A stretch of DNA of 35,707 nt, taken from contig JBDGTS010000043.1 of assembly GCA_042216675.1 (NCBI GenBank), forward strand, positions 1 to 35,707, written 5' to 3'. The DNA is from Halobacteriaceae archaeon. Lineage in GTDB: Archaea > Halobacteriota > Halobacteria > Halobacteriales > Halobacteriaceae. The notes beneath the pieces were generated by a model. It worked only from the letters and a program-made list of their open reading frames with translations, made no database searches and was not told where the DNA came from. Position numbers and translations under genes: made by a program. Position 1 is the stretch's first letter. Each line of letters starts with the position of its first letter. Shown in pieces: positions 23,261 to 33,091 of the stretch.

Positions 23261-24232
23261 ATGGACTACCGCACGCGCGCCGTCGCCGCGAGCGCCGGCG
23301 CCCTCTGTCTCTTCGCGCTCGTTCAACTCGGTGCCATCGCGCTGGTGACGCCCTTCAAGGAGGCGGGCTTTCAGGCCGTCGAAAACCCACAGGACCCGAC
23401 GAACAGCGCCGTCTACCTCGCGTTCATCCTCGTCGCCACCGGGGCGATGCTCCTCGTCATCAAGTACGACGTGGAGTGGCTTCTCCGTGGTTTCCTCGTC
23501 GCCACCTCGGCGATGATTTCGTGGTACGTCTTCTCCGTGCCCGCAGGGGCCATCGCCCCGTCGCTCGGCGTCCCGTCCCTCGCCCTCTCCGGTAGCGCGG
23601 CGCTCATCGTGGGCGCGGCACTGTACGTTCACCCGGAGTGGTACGTCATCGACGCCGCGGGCCTGATAATGGGCATCGGCGCGGCGGCGCTCTTCGGCAT
23701 CAGTTTCGGCGTCCTGCCGGCGCTGTTGTTCCTGAGCGCCCTCGCAATCTACGACGCCATCGCCGTCTACCGGACGAAGCACATGCTCACACTCGCGGAG
23801 GGCGTGATGGACCTCCGGGTTCCCGTCGTCCTCGTGTTTCCGCTCCGCCTCGACTACTCCTTCCTCGACGACGATGGCCCACAGGCCACCGAAGAGGGCG
23901 AAAGTGAACACGAAGGCGAGGACGACGGCCGCCGCGACGCCTTCTTCATCGGCCTCGGCGACGCGGTGATGCCGAGCATCATGGTGACGAGTAGCGCCTT
24001 CTTCATCGAGGCGCCGGCGCTCGTCGCCGGCACGGCGCTCACCCTCCCCTCGCTGGGCGCGATGGTCGGGACGCTCCTCGGTCTGACGGCGCTCCTCCGG
24101 ATGGTGTTCCGCGGCGAGGCCCACGCCGGCCTCCCGCTTCTCAACGGCGGCGCCATCGGCGGCTACCTGCTCGGCGCGCTCGCGGCGGGGGTGCCCATCG
24201 TCGATGCGCTCGGCCTCACGCCGTACGTCTGA
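23261..24232 (+). CDS. Presenilin-family intramembrane aspartyl protease (PSH)
   Basis: YDAIAVY (YD), FIGLGD (GxGD), AGLP (PAL-equivalent), about 9 TM helices. Confidence 0.93.
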   Translation: MDYRTRAVAASAGALCLFALVQLGAIALVTPFKEAGFQAVENPQDPTNSAVYLAFILVATGAMLLVIKYDVEWLLRGFLVATSAMISWYVFSVPAGAIAPSLGVPSLALSGSAALIVGAALYVHPEWYVIDAAGLIMGIGAAALFGISFGVLPALLFLSALAIYDAIAVYRTKHMLTLAEGVMDLRVPVVLVFPLRLDYSFLDDDGPQATEEGESEHEGEDDGRRDAFFIGLGDAVMPSIMVTSSAFFIEAPALVAGTALTLPSLGAMVGTLLGLTALLRMVFRGEAHAGLPLLNGGAIGGYLLGALAAGVPIVDALGLTPYV

Positions 24233-24307
24233 CGGCCAGCGATGCGGTCCGCACCGCCGTCTGTCGGGGCCGGAACGACTTTCAGCGCACAGACGAGTTA
24301 GATTTCT

Positions 24308-25006
24308 ATGGTTTCCGCAGATCGTCTCGCCCTCCTGCTCATCGGCGTCGGAATCGTCCTGACGGCGTCGCCCGTCGCTGTGGTCTCAGCGGACATCGGC
24401 GCACCCACGTACGAGTATCGGGCGTCCGAACTCTCCTACGAAGACGGCACGCTCCAGTATTCGGACCAAATACCGTTCAGCACCTTCAGTATCGACGCCA
24501 TCGCCTGCGTCGGCGAATCGCGGGTCTGCAAACTCGAACGGCACGTCCACGAGAACGGCCGCGTCGCCGTCGAGGACGCGGACGCCGTCCGAGGCTACTA
24601 CGAGTTCGTCTTCCTCGACGGCTCGTTTTATCGGCCGGTGACCACGAGAGAGAACGGCACCGTCTATCTCACCCACGAACCGGTGCGCGCCGATTTCGCG
24701 CTCAGAGCCGCCTCGGTTTCGTACGACAGCGCCGAGTCGGCGTATCGGCGCGCAGTCGACGAGGGGCACGTGACGGTGACGTCGACGGAACGACTAGAGA
24801 TGCGGAAAGTCGTGTCCAAGGAGAGCGAACGCGGTGACCGGACCGTCTACTACGTGTATGCGACCAAAATGCCGCCCGCCGGAGGGCACACGGCGTCCGT
24901 CGGGGAGAAACTCACGACGTACGGGCTCTCCATCGCCGGGTTTCTCGTCGGCCTCGCGCTGATCGGATACGGACAGCGAATGCGCGTCCGGGCACGGCTC
25001 CGATAG
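24308..25006 (+). CDS. Hypothetical membrane protein with an extracellular domain between N- and C-terminal TM helices
   Basis: Two hydrophobic ends, a Cx5C pair, YYEFVFLDGSFYRP. Plausible codon usage. Confidence 0.7.
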   Translation: MVSADRLALLLIGVGIVLTASPVAVVSADIGAPTYEYRASELSYEDGTLQYSDQIPFSTFSIDAIACVGESRVCKLERHVHENGRVAVEDADAVRGYYEFVFLDGSFYRPVTTRENGTVYLTHEPVRADFALRAASVSYDSAESAYRRAVDEGHVTVTSTERLEMRKVVSKESERGDRTVYYVYATKMPPAGGHTASVGEKLTTYGLSIAGFLVGLALIGYGQRMRVRARLR

Positions 25007-25015
25007 GCGAGCCGT

Positions 25016-26011
25016 CTACCCCGAGAACGCCTCGCTGGCCGGCGCGAAGTCCAGTTCCGTTCCCCGCCCCTCTTCGGTCGCTCGCTCGTACAGCATCGCG
25101 GCCGCGGCCACCGTCTCGATGCCCGTGCCGCCGCTGTCGAACACTGTCACGTCGTCGGCTGACGCGCGCCCCGGCGCGTCGCCGACCAGCACCTCGCCGA
25201 GTTCGGCGTGCACGTGGTCCTCGTCGACGACGCCGGCCTCGCGGGCACTGAGAAAGGAGCCGGCGTCCTGACCCACCCGCTCGCGGAGGTCCGGCACGTA
25301 GGTGGCGCGCTCGACGGTCTGGTGGTCCAATTCGCGGCGTTCGGGGTGGTACTGCCCCATCGCGGTGACGTGGGCGCCATCTGCCAACACGTCGCCGTCG
25401 AACACCGGCTCTGAGGCCGTCGTCGCCGTGACCACGACGTCGGCTCCCTCGACGGCGGCGGCGCTACTGGCGACGGCCGCGACGGGCGCGTCGAGTTCGT
25501 CGTTCATCTCCGCCGCGAACGCCTCGCGGTGTTCGTTCGTGGGCGAGTACACCCACACGTCCTCGAAGTCGCGGACCGTCGCCGTCGCCCGGACCTGCCC
25601 GCGGGCCTGCGCACCGCTCCCGATGACCGCGAGCGAGGTGGCGTCGGGTCGCGCGAGGGCGTCGACGCCCACGGCGCCCACCGCGCCCGTCTTGAGGGGG
25701 TTCATCGCGGCGCCGTCGAGGAGCGCCAGCGGTTCGCCCGAGTCGGCGTCGAACAGCGGCGTCACGAACCACGCGTCATCGGCGCCGAAGCCGGCGCTGT
25801 ACGTGTAGCCGCCCATCGCGCCCGTCTCGGGCAGAATCGCGGTGTAGCCGGTGAGGATGCCGGCGGGGTCCTCCCCGGGGAGCGTCGTCCGGGGTTCGGC
25901 CGGCGCGCCCTCACCGCGTTGCCGGTAGCCGTCGCGGACGGCGGCCACGTAGTCTGTCGGCGACGCGAGGTCGGCAACGTCGTCGCTCCGGAGAAACAGC
26001 GCCTCTGTCAT
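25016..26011 (-). CDS. Ornithine cyclodeaminase / mu-crystallin family protein
   Basis: ATG 26011. NPLKTGA, AVIGSGAQA, ADVVVTAT, FDSGGTGIET. Confidence 0.92.
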   Translation of the reverse strand: MTEALFLRSDDVADLASPTDYVAAVRDGYRQRGEGAPAEPRTTLPGEDPAGILTGYTAILPETGAMGGYTYSAGFGADDAWFVTPLFDADSGEPLALLDGAAMNPLKTGAVGAVGVDALARPDATSLAVIGSGAQARGQVRATATVRDFEDVWVYSPTNEHREAFAAEMNDELDAPVAAVASSAAAVEGADVVVTATTASEPVFDGDVLADGAHVTAMGQYHPERRELDHQTVERATYVPDLRERVGQDAGSFLSAREAGVVDEDHVHAELGEVLVGDAPGRASADDVTVFDSGGTGIETVAAAAMLYERATEEGRGTELDFAPASEAFSG

Positions 26012-26048
26012 GGCCGAATACAGCACGCCGACCGGGAAAACAGTTGGC

Positions 26049-26258
26049 TCAGTCCGCGTGGGGTGCGGTGCCTGAGGAACGAGCGACCTCGTCGACCGGT
26101 CCGCGGACGAACATCGCGTGCCCGATGACGCCGAGGGTCACGACGCCCGCCACGGAGACGGCGCCCGTCAACACGAGGCCACCGACGTGGAGGGCAGTCG
26201 CAATCCCGAACAGCGCGAGGGGAATGAGCGCGAGGACGAGGTCATAGTACCCGGGCAT
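26049..26258 (-). CDS. Small two-helix membrane protein
   Basis: MPGYYDLVLALIPL...GHAMFVRGP. TTTATATG TATA at 26292-26285. Confidence 0.75.
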   Translation of the reverse strand: MPGYYDLVLALIPLALFGIATALHVGGLVLTGAVSVAGVVTLGVIGHAMFVRGPVDEVARSSGTAPHAD

Positions 26259-26331
26259 ATCTACTGTATGCTACTCGCTGTGGGCATATAAATCCCTGTG
26301 GTATGTGTTTAGCACCTTCCGTGTATGCCAC

Positions 26332-26757
26332 TCATAACTTATGGGCGACCATCGGCCACGCGGCCACCCGGAGCAGGCGCCACGCGACGAGGAGCGCACC
26401 CCCCACGATAGCCGAGACGAGGTAGAAGTCAGGGTGCGCGCTTCCGGGGAAAGCGGCGGTGTCTCGGATCCCCATCGCCACGAGCGCACCCGGGAGCCAC
26501 GCGGCGACGGCGAGGAGCAGCGACCACCGGGTCGAGGTGCGGGCCCGCCGACTGTACGCACCGAGCGCCAGCGACGCGACGGCCCACCCGACGACGAACG
26601 GGAGGACCACGCGCAGATAGCGCATCTGGTACTCCCACGGCGGGAGGTGATGCCGAATCTCGCCGACGGCGACGAAGAGGAGAATCATCGCCACGTCTCC
26701 GGGGGCCAGCGCACCGAGACTGTCGCGGTCCACGCCGAACGGCCACGCGTCGAGCAT
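26332..26757 (-). CDS. DUF3054 family membrane protein
   Basis: GDVAMILLFVAVGEIRH, PFVVGW, GAY, four TM segments. Confidence 0.8.
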   Translation of the reverse strand: MLDAWPFGVDRDSLGALAPGDVAMILLFVAVGEIRHHLPPWEYQMRYLRVVLPFVVGWAVASLALGAYSRRARTSTRWSLLLAVAAWLPGALVAMGIRDTAAFPGSAHPDFYLVSAIVGGALLVAWRLLRVAAWPMVAHKL

Positions 26758-26780
26758 GCGCGGCGATTGGACTGGCCGCG

Positions 26781-27356
26781 CTATTGTTCTCCCGATTCCG
26801 GCTTGACGCCGACGGCGGTGTAGCCGAAGCCGCGGTCCGGAAGCGCCGTCTCGAAGCCGGCGTCGGCCAATAGCCCGCAGAGGGCGTCCGGCGCCCGAAA
26901 CGTCGAGTCGAAGCCGACGAGCCGTTCCCCCAGCGCCACTCCCCGGCCCCGCAGCGTCGTGGGGTCGAACTCCCGAATCACGATGGCACCGCCGGGCCGA
27001 AGCACCCGGAACGCCTCCGCGAGGGCGTTCTCCGGGTCCGGAAGGTGGTGAAACGCGTCTGCGACGACTACCGCGTCCGCAGCACCGTCGCGAACCGGGA
27101 GGCGAGCGGCGTCACCGACGACGCCCGGAACGCCGTGACTCCGACCCTGTTCGACCATCCCCCGCGCCGCATCGACGACGAGCGTCTCGCGGTCCAGCGC
27201 TCGCGCCACGCGGCCCGCGCCGCCAGCCACGTCGAGGACGAACTCGACGTCCCCCGACGCGTGTGCCAGCCCCGCCTCTACCGTCTTCGGGTCGGCACGC
27301 CACATCAACGCGTCGTAGAGGGGGGCGAAGCGGTCGAACGAACGCACGTCGTGCAC
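26781..27356 (-). CDS. Class I SAM-dependent methyltransferase (UbiE-like)
   Basis: GTG 27356. FDRFAPLYD, VLDVAGGAG, GDAARLP, AFRVLRPGG. Confidence 0.88.
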   Translation of the reverse strand: MHDVRSFDRFAPLYDALMWRADPKTVEAGLAHASGDVEFVLDVAGGAGRVARALDRETLVVDAARGMVEQGRSHGVPGVVGDAARLPVRDGAADAVVVADAFHHLPDPENALAEAFRVLRPGGAIVIREFDPTTLRGRGVALGERLVGFDSTFRAPDALCGLLADAGFETALPDRGFGYTAVGVKPESGEQ

Positions 27357-27380
27357 GAACAGGGGTTCGTGCGCCGCGTC

Positions 27381-27386
27381 TATAAA
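27381..27386. promoter_or_regulatory. Shared TATA element between the divergent methyltransferase and GNAT genes
   Basis: TATAAA (+) / TTTATA (-) lies 21-24 nt from both start codons in a 51-nt gap. Confidence 0.6.
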
Positions 27387-27407
27387 CGTCGGCGGCGAAC
27401 GACGGAC

Positions 27408-27923
27408 ATGGAGTTCGCCCTGCTCGGATGGCCCGCGGACGGGCCGACGCTCCGCCTCGACCACCGCGAGTTCGCCTACGCGGGGAAGTTCGTCATGTCG
27501 AACACGGGCAAGGCCGTCGCGCGCGAGGGCGACGCGGTGGTGGCCGCCGTCTCGTTCAACGCCGACCGGACGGACGACGACACGGCGTGGCTCCGCTACG
27601 TGACGGTGCGCGAGGACCGGCGCGGCGAGGGGGTCGGCCCGCGCCTCGTGGCCTTCGCCACCGAGCGACTGCACGAGCGCTTCGACGTGGTGCGAATCGC
27701 GGTCAACAACCCCTTCGCTTTCGAGGCACTGCACAAGGCCGGCTTCGGCTGGACGGGCACGGAGACGGGGATAGCAGAACTGATCCTCGAACACCCCGGC
27801 GACCCGGACCGCTACGAGGACGGACTGGCGGTGTTCGCCGAGCGAGACCTGTCGTCGGACGAGGAAGCCTTCCTCGCCGAGCGGTCGGGGCCGCCGGCGA
27901 CGCTGGACCCGGAAGCGTATTGA
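27408..27923 (+). CDS. GNAT family N-acetyltransferase
   Basis: [16 protein letters not shown] acetyl-CoA motif, [14 protein letters not shown]. Confidence 0.88.
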   Translation: MEFALLGWPADGPTLRLDHREFAYAGKFVMSNTGKAVAREGDAVVAAVSFNADRTDDDTAWLRYVTVREDRRGEGVGPRLVAFATERLHERFDVVRIAVNNPFAFEALHKAGFGWTGTETGIAELILEHPGDPDRYEDGLAVFAERDLSSDEEAFLAERSGPPATLDPEAY

Positions 27924-27946
27924 GGGGGGCGCCCGACCCGGCGGGC

Positions 27947-28927
27947 ATGGGAAACGCCGCACTCCGCCAACTCGCGGCGATCGAGGACGTGACGTTCGAC
28001 GCGGTGGGCGGGAGCGTCGTCGCCGTCGACGCGCACAACTGGCTCTACCGCTATCTCACGACGACGGTGAAGTTCACCGCCGACGACGTGTACACGACGA
28101 GCGAAGGCACCGAAGTCGCGAACCTCGTCGGCGTCGTACAGGGTCTCCCGAAGTTCTTCGAACACGACGTCACGCCCGTCTTCGTCTTCGACGGCGGCGT
28201 GACGGAACTCAAGGAGGCCGAAATCGAGGAGCGGCGGGAGGCCCGCGAGGCCGCCGAGGACAAGCTCGAAGCCGCCCGAGAGCGCGGCGACGAAGTGGCC
28301 GCGGCCCGCCTCGAATCCCGCACGCAGCGACTCACGGACGTGATTCACGAGACGACCCGGGGGCTCTTCGACAGACTCGACGTGCCGTACGTCGAGGCGC
28401 CGGCCGAGGGCGAGGCCCAGTGTGCCCACATGGCTCGCACCGGCGCCGCCGACTACGCCGGAAGCGAGGACTACGACACGATGTTGTTTGGCTCTCCCTT
28501 GACCCTCCGGCAACTCACGAGCAAAGGAAACCCGGAACTCATGGACTTGGAGGCGACCCTCGACCGACACGACGTGACGTGGGAGCAACTGGTCGACGTG
28601 GCCGTCCTCATCGGCACCGACTTCAACGAGGGCGTCAGCGGCTACGGTCCGAAGACGGCGCTCTCGGCGGTCAAAGAGCACGGCGACATCTTCGCCGTGA
28701 TGGAGGCCGAGGACGTGTACGTGGACCACGCCGACCGCATCCGCACGCTGTTCCTCGACCCGAACGTCACCGACGACTACGACTACGACCTCGACGTCGA
28801 CCCCGACGTGGACGCGGCGAAGCGCTACGTCACCGAGGAGTGGGAGGTCGACCCCGACGAAGTCGAACGCGGCTTCGAGCGAATCGAAGAGTCGCTGGTC
28901 CAGACGGGACTGGACGAGTGGACGTGA
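27947..28927 (+). CDS. fen1: Flap endonuclease 1
   Basis: [39 protein letters not shown]-terminal PIP box QTGLDEW. Confidence 0.96.
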   Translation: MGNAALRQLAAIEDVTFDAVGGSVVAVDAHNWLYRYLTTTVKFTADDVYTTSEGTEVANLVGVVQGLPKFFEHDVTPVFVFDGGVTELKEAEIEERREAREAAEDKLEAARERGDEVAAARLESRTQRLTDVIHETTRGLFDRLDVPYVEAPAEGEAQCAHMARTGAADYAGSEDYDTMLFGSPLTLRQLTSKGNPELMDLEATLDRHDVTWEQLVDVAVLIGTDFNEGVSGYGPKTALSAVKEHGDIFAVMEAEDVYVDHADRIRTLFLDPNVTDDYDYDLDVDPDVDAAKRYVTEEWEVDPDEVERGFERIEESLVQTGLDEWT

Positions 28928-28964
28928 CCCCTGCGCTTTTGCGTCGGTCACCCCTCTCCCGAAT

Positions 28965-29426
28965 ATGAACGCGCTCGACCCGCGGGTCAGAGTCGTCTGG
29001 GCCGGCCGCGCCGTCGCCCTCGCGGCGGTCCTCGGCGCCGCCCTCGTTCTCGCCGACCGGTACGCCCTCGCTGTGCCGGCGTGGGCCGTCGTCGCCGTCG
29101 TCGCTCTCGCGGCCACGCTCGGACTGGCTCACACGGCCCTCCGCTACCGCCGCTGGCGCTACGAGGTCCAAGAGGACGCGCTCTACCTCGAACGCGGCGT
29201 CGTGACCGAGGTCGAGACGGCGGTGCCGTTCGTCCGCATCCAGCACGTCGACACCCAGCGCGGACCGCTGGAGCGACTCGCCGGCGTCACCTCCGTCGTC
29301 GTCTACACTGCCGGCTCCCGCGGCGCGGACGTGACGGTGCCCGGACTCGACCCCGAGCGGGCCCGGACGCTCCAGCGCAGGCTCCGGCAGCTCGCGGTGG
29401 TGAGCGAGGCCGGGGACGCGGTATGA
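28965..29426 (+). CDS. bPH_2 (YdbS-like) membrane protein
   Basis: Two TM helices then VPFVRIQHVDTQRGPLER..G. Confidence 0.88.
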   Translation: MNALDPRVRVVWAGRAVALAAVLGAALVLADRYALAVPAWAVVAVVALAATLGLAHTALRYRRWRYEVQEDALYLERGVVTEVETAVPFVRIQHVDTQRGPLERLAGVTSVVVYTAGSRGADVTVPGLDPERARTLQRRLRQLAVVSEAGDAV

Positions 29427-30892
29427 GGCGCCTGCATCCACTCGTCGCGGTGCGCCGGGCAGTCGGCTACGCCGTCAACCTCGCCGGAGCGGCCGTTCTG
29501 CTCGTCGGCTTCGTCCTGCCCGCCGTCGGCGTCGACGCGGGCGACGCGTTCGCGCTCCTGCCGGCGGGCGTCGCTGCGGGCGCGCTGTTCGGCCTGCTGT
29601 CGTATCTCCGCTTTCGCTACGAGGTGACCGACGACACCGTCGACGTGAACTCGGGCGTCGTGAGTCGGCGTGAGCGCGAGATACCGCTCGACCGCATCCA
29701 GAACGTCGACGTGGAGCGGAGCGTCTGGCAACGGCTCCTCGGCGTGGCGACGCTCCGCGTCGAGACGGCCGGCGGCGGGTCGACGGAGGCCACCCTCGAC
29801 TTCGTGAGCGCCGACGAAGCCGAGCGAGTGCGGGCGCTCCTCCGCGCGGAAGCGCGCCCCGCGGAGGTGACGCCGGAGGCGCCCGCGGAGGAACCGCTGT
29901 TCGCCCTCCGGCCGCGCGAACTGGCCGTCTACGCGGCCACGGAGTTCCGGCCGGGGGCGCTCGCGCTGACGCTGTTCGGCCTGCCCGTCGTCGGGCGCGT
30001 GGCGACGGACGCGCTCCTCGCCGCCGCGGCGCCGCTGGGCGGGCCGGAACGACTCGCGGGCGGGTCGCTCACGCCCGACGAGGCGCTCGCGCTCGCGGCC
30101 GTCGGCCTCCCGGCGCTGGCGGCTGGCGGGTGGCTGCTCGGCGCGGCACTCGCGCTCAACGAGCAGTACGGCTTCACCCTCGTCCGGAGCGGCGAAGACG
30201 TGCAGTACAGCCGCGGCCTGCTCACGACGTACAGCGGCGCGATTCCCGTGGAGCGCATCCAGACGCTCACCATCCGCGAGAACGTCGTCCAGCGAGCGCT
30301 GGGGTACGGCGCCCTCACCATCGACACCGCCGGCTACGCGGGAGAGGAAGGTGCGGGTCGCCGGTCGGCGATTCCGATGGCCGAGCGGGAGAGGGTGACG
30401 GCGCTCGCGGACGAGGTGGCCGGGGTCACCTCCGGCGCCGACTTCGAGCGCCCGCCGACGCGCGCACGGCGTCGCTACCTCGCCCGCTACGCCGTCGCCG
30501 TCGGGCTTCTCACCGTCGCCGCGTTCGCGGTCTCCCGGCGCGTCGGGGGGTTCTCGCTCTGGTGGACGGCGGCCCTGCTGTTCGTCGCCGTCCCGCCCGC
30601 GGCCCACCTCAAGTGGCGCCACCGGGGGTACGCCGTCCGCGACGACCACCTCCTCGTCCGAGCGGGCTTCTGGACGCGGCGCACCACCGTCGTGCCCTAC
30701 GAGCGACTCCAGACTGTCCAGCGCCGTGCGACGCTCTTCCAGCGGCGCCGCGGACTTGGCAGCGTCGTCGCGGACACGGCCAGCGGCGCAGTTCTCCGGC
30801 GCGGCGGGGCCGTAGTACACGACGTCGACGCCGGGGACGCGTCGGCGCTGAGCCGGCGTCTGCGGGACGCGCTGGACACGGCAATCCGCTGA
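29423..30892 (+). CDS. bPH_2 repeat (YdbT-like) membrane protein
   Basis: Three PH repeats (IPLDRIQNV, IPVERIQTL, VPYERLQTV). ATGA-coupled to the YdbS-like gene. Confidence 0.88.
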   Translation: MRRLHPLVAVRRAVGYAVNLAGAAVLLVGFVLPAVGVDAGDAFALLPAGVAAGALFGLLSYLRFRYEVTDDTVDVNSGVVSRREREIPLDRIQNVDVERSVWQRLLGVATLRVETAGGGSTEATLDFVSADEAERVRALLRAEARPAEVTPEAPAEEPLFALRPRELAVYAATEFRPGALALTLFGLPVVGRVATDALLAAAAPLGGPERLAGGSLTPDEALALAAVGLPALAAGGWLLGAALALNEQYGFTLVRSGEDVQYSRGLLTTYSGAIPVERIQTLTIRENVVQRALGYGALTIDTAGYAGEEGAGRRSAIPMAERERVTALADEVAGVTSGADFERPPTRARRRYLARYAVAVGLLTVAAFAVSRRVGGFSLWWTAALLFVAVPPAAHLKWRHRGYAVRDDHLLVRAGFWTRRTTVVPYERLQTVQRRATLFQRRRGLGSVVADTASGAVLRRGGAVVHDVDAGDASALSRRLRDALDTAIR

Positions 30893-30970
30893 CAGCAGGG
30901 CCCTCGGTCAGGAAGGTTGAAAAAGCCCCATCCGCCACGTCCGCTCGTGGGCCGGAGGCACAACCGCGCG

Positions 30971-33091
30971 GTGACGACGGTTCTGGTGGTGTCGCCCGAC
31001 GAGGCGTACACCGAATCGGCCGTCCAAGAGTTATCAGAGGAGCGTCACCTCAGGGTCCGCACGGCCGCGACTGCCGCGGACGCGTTGAGCGCACTCCGCT
31101 CGGAGACCCCCGTCGACTGTGTCCTCTCCGACAGCGACCTTTCCGTCGTGGACGGGGCGACTCTGCTGGCGCTCGTTCGCGCACAGTGGCCGGACCTGCC
31201 GTTCTTGCTCCTCGCCGACGCGGACGGAGACGTGGGACGACGCGCCGCCGCCCTCGGCGTCACGGAGCGGTTCGTCGGGGAACGCAAGCGCAGCGACTGG
31301 GACGACGTCGTGGCGGTGGCCGAAGCCGCGGCAGCGTACTTCCGCCGGCGGGACCCGCCCCGCGGCATCGAACGGCAGGCGGCCCGAATAGACGCCGCTC
31401 GCGACGCCATCGCCGTCTTCACCGGGGGCCGCCTCGTCCACCTCAACGAGGCGTGGGTCGACCTCTTCGACGAGTCCGCCGCGGAGATGCTGGGACGGCG
31501 ACCGACCGCGGCGCTTCGCGCCGACCGTGACGCCCTCTCGGACCCGTGGTTCGCCGCCGTCGCGGACGGCGCGGACCCGCTCCGGCAAGTGGACGTCCAC
31601 GCGAAGCGACCAAACGGGTCCCTACTCCCCGTGAGGGTGACCGCGACGCCGCTGGACTGGAGTGACAGGGCGGCGGCGCTCGTCGTCTGTCGGACCCGGT
31701 CGAAACAGCGGGAGCAAGCCCGGTTCGAGCGGGCGGTCGAAGCCGCTGGTCACGCGGTCTACGTGACGGACGCCGAGGGGACCATCGAATACGTCAACCC
31801 GGCCTTCGAGGACATCACCGGATACAGCGCCGCGGAAGCGGTCGGGCGGACCCCAGCGATACTCAAATCCGAGGCGCACGACGACGACTACTACGAGGCC
31901 CTCTGGGAGACGATCACCGCCGGCGACGTGTGGGAGGAGGAGGTCGTCGACCGCCGGCAGTCGGGCGAGAAATACTACGCGCACCAGACCATCGCGCCGA
32001 TCGTGGCCGACGGAGCGATCGAGGGTCACGTCGCCATCCAGACTGACGTGACAGAACAGCACGAGCGACAGGAGCGCCTCGCTCACTACGAACGCGCCAT
32101 CGAAGGGAGCAACGACCTCATCGCGGCCATCGACGCCGACTACAACTATCTGTTCGCCAATCAGCGCTATCGGGAGTACCACGACCTCCCGCCCCGGACG
32201 GAGACGGCCCGCCTCGACGAAGTGCTCGACGCGGAGACGTGGGCCGAGGCTGAGCCGCGCGTTCAGCGTGTTCTCGACGGGGAAGAGGTCCGCTACACGA
32301 CCGAGCGGTCCCGACCCGGGGAGCCCTCGCGTGTGTTCGACGTGCGGTACTATCCGCTTCCGGACCGCGAATCGGAGCGCATCGCCGGCGCCGTGGCGAC
32401 GATTCGTGACGTGACCGAACGCGAGAACCGGGACCGACAGCTCCTCGTGTTGAGCCGGATCCTCCGTCACAACCTCCACAACGACATGAACGTGATTCTG
32501 GGTCACGCGGAGACGCTCGCGTCGGAGCGCTCCGGAGCAGTCCAAGACCGGGCCGAGCGCATCGTGGCCACCGGGGAGGGGCTTCTCGACCTCACCGACA
32601 AGCAGCGGTCGGTGGTCGAGTTGATCTCGGAGGAGCGGACGCCGGTCTCGCTCTCCGCCGCGAGCGCGATTCGAGCCCCCGTCGAACGCCTGCGACGAAG
32701 CCGCGACGACGCGCACATCGAGATCGACGTTCCGGACGTGACGCTTCGCGCGATTCCCCAACTATCGGACGCCGTCGCCGAACTCGTCACGAACGCCGTC
32801 GACCACTCCGACCGCTCGACCCCGCGGGTTCGCGTCAGCGCCGCGGTTCGGTCGGACCGCGTGCTCGTCGAGGTGGCCGACGACGGCCCGGGCATTCCGC
32901 CACAGGAGCGGCGGATTCTCACCGGCGACCACCGAATCGACCAACTGTACCACGGGAGCGGGATGGGCCTGTGGCTCGTCCACTGGATCACGTCCCGCTC
33001 CGACGGAACGCTCGGGTTCGAGGAGAACGACCCACGCGGGAGTCGCGTCACGATGTCGCTGGAACGCGCGTCCGACACCGACGCCGATTAG
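30971..33091 (+). CDS. Hybrid sensor histidine kinase: degenerate receiver, three PAS domains, HisKA/HATPase
   Basis: REC-like DCVLSD..DG, PAS YVNPAFEDITGYS, H-box LRHNLHN, ELVTNAVDH, DDGPGIP, GSGMGL. Start codon uncertain. Confidence 0.9.
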   Translation: MTTVLVVSPDEAYTESAVQELSEERHLRVRTAATAADALSALRSETPVDCVLSDSDLSVVDGATLLALVRAQWPDLPFLLLADADGDVGRRAAALGVTERFVGERKRSDWDDVVAVAEAAAAYFRRRDPPRGIERQAARIDAARDAIAVFTGGRLVHLNEAWVDLFDESAAEMLGRRPTAALRADRDALSDPWFAAVADGADPLRQVDVHAKRPNGSLLPVRVTATPLDWSDRAAALVVCRTRSKQREQARFERAVEAAGHAVYVTDAEGTIEYVNPAFEDITGYSAAEAVGRTPAILKSEAHDDDYYEALWETITAGDVWEEEVVDRRQSGEKYYAHQTIAPIVADGAIEGHVAIQTDVTEQHERQERLAHYERAIEGSNDLIAAIDADYNYLFANQRYREYHDLPPRTETARLDEVLDAETWAEAEPRVQRVLDGEEVRYTTERSRPGEPSRVFDVRYYPLPDRESERIAGAVATIRDVTERENRDRQLLVLSRILRHNLHNDMNVILGHAETLASERSGAVQDRAERIVATGEGLLDLTDKQRSVVELISEERTPVSLSAASAIRAPVERLRRSRDDAHIEIDVPDVTLRAIPQLSDAVAELVTNAVDHSDRSTPRVRVSAAVRSDRVLVEVADDGPGIPPQERRILTGDHRIDQLYHGSGMGLWLVHWITSRSDGTLGFEENDPRGSRVTMSLERASDTDAD

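Noticed and set aside
31720-32050. PAS domain considered as a LOV photosensor
   Set aside because: The sequence is GRTPAILKS and lacks the NCRFLQ cysteine motif.
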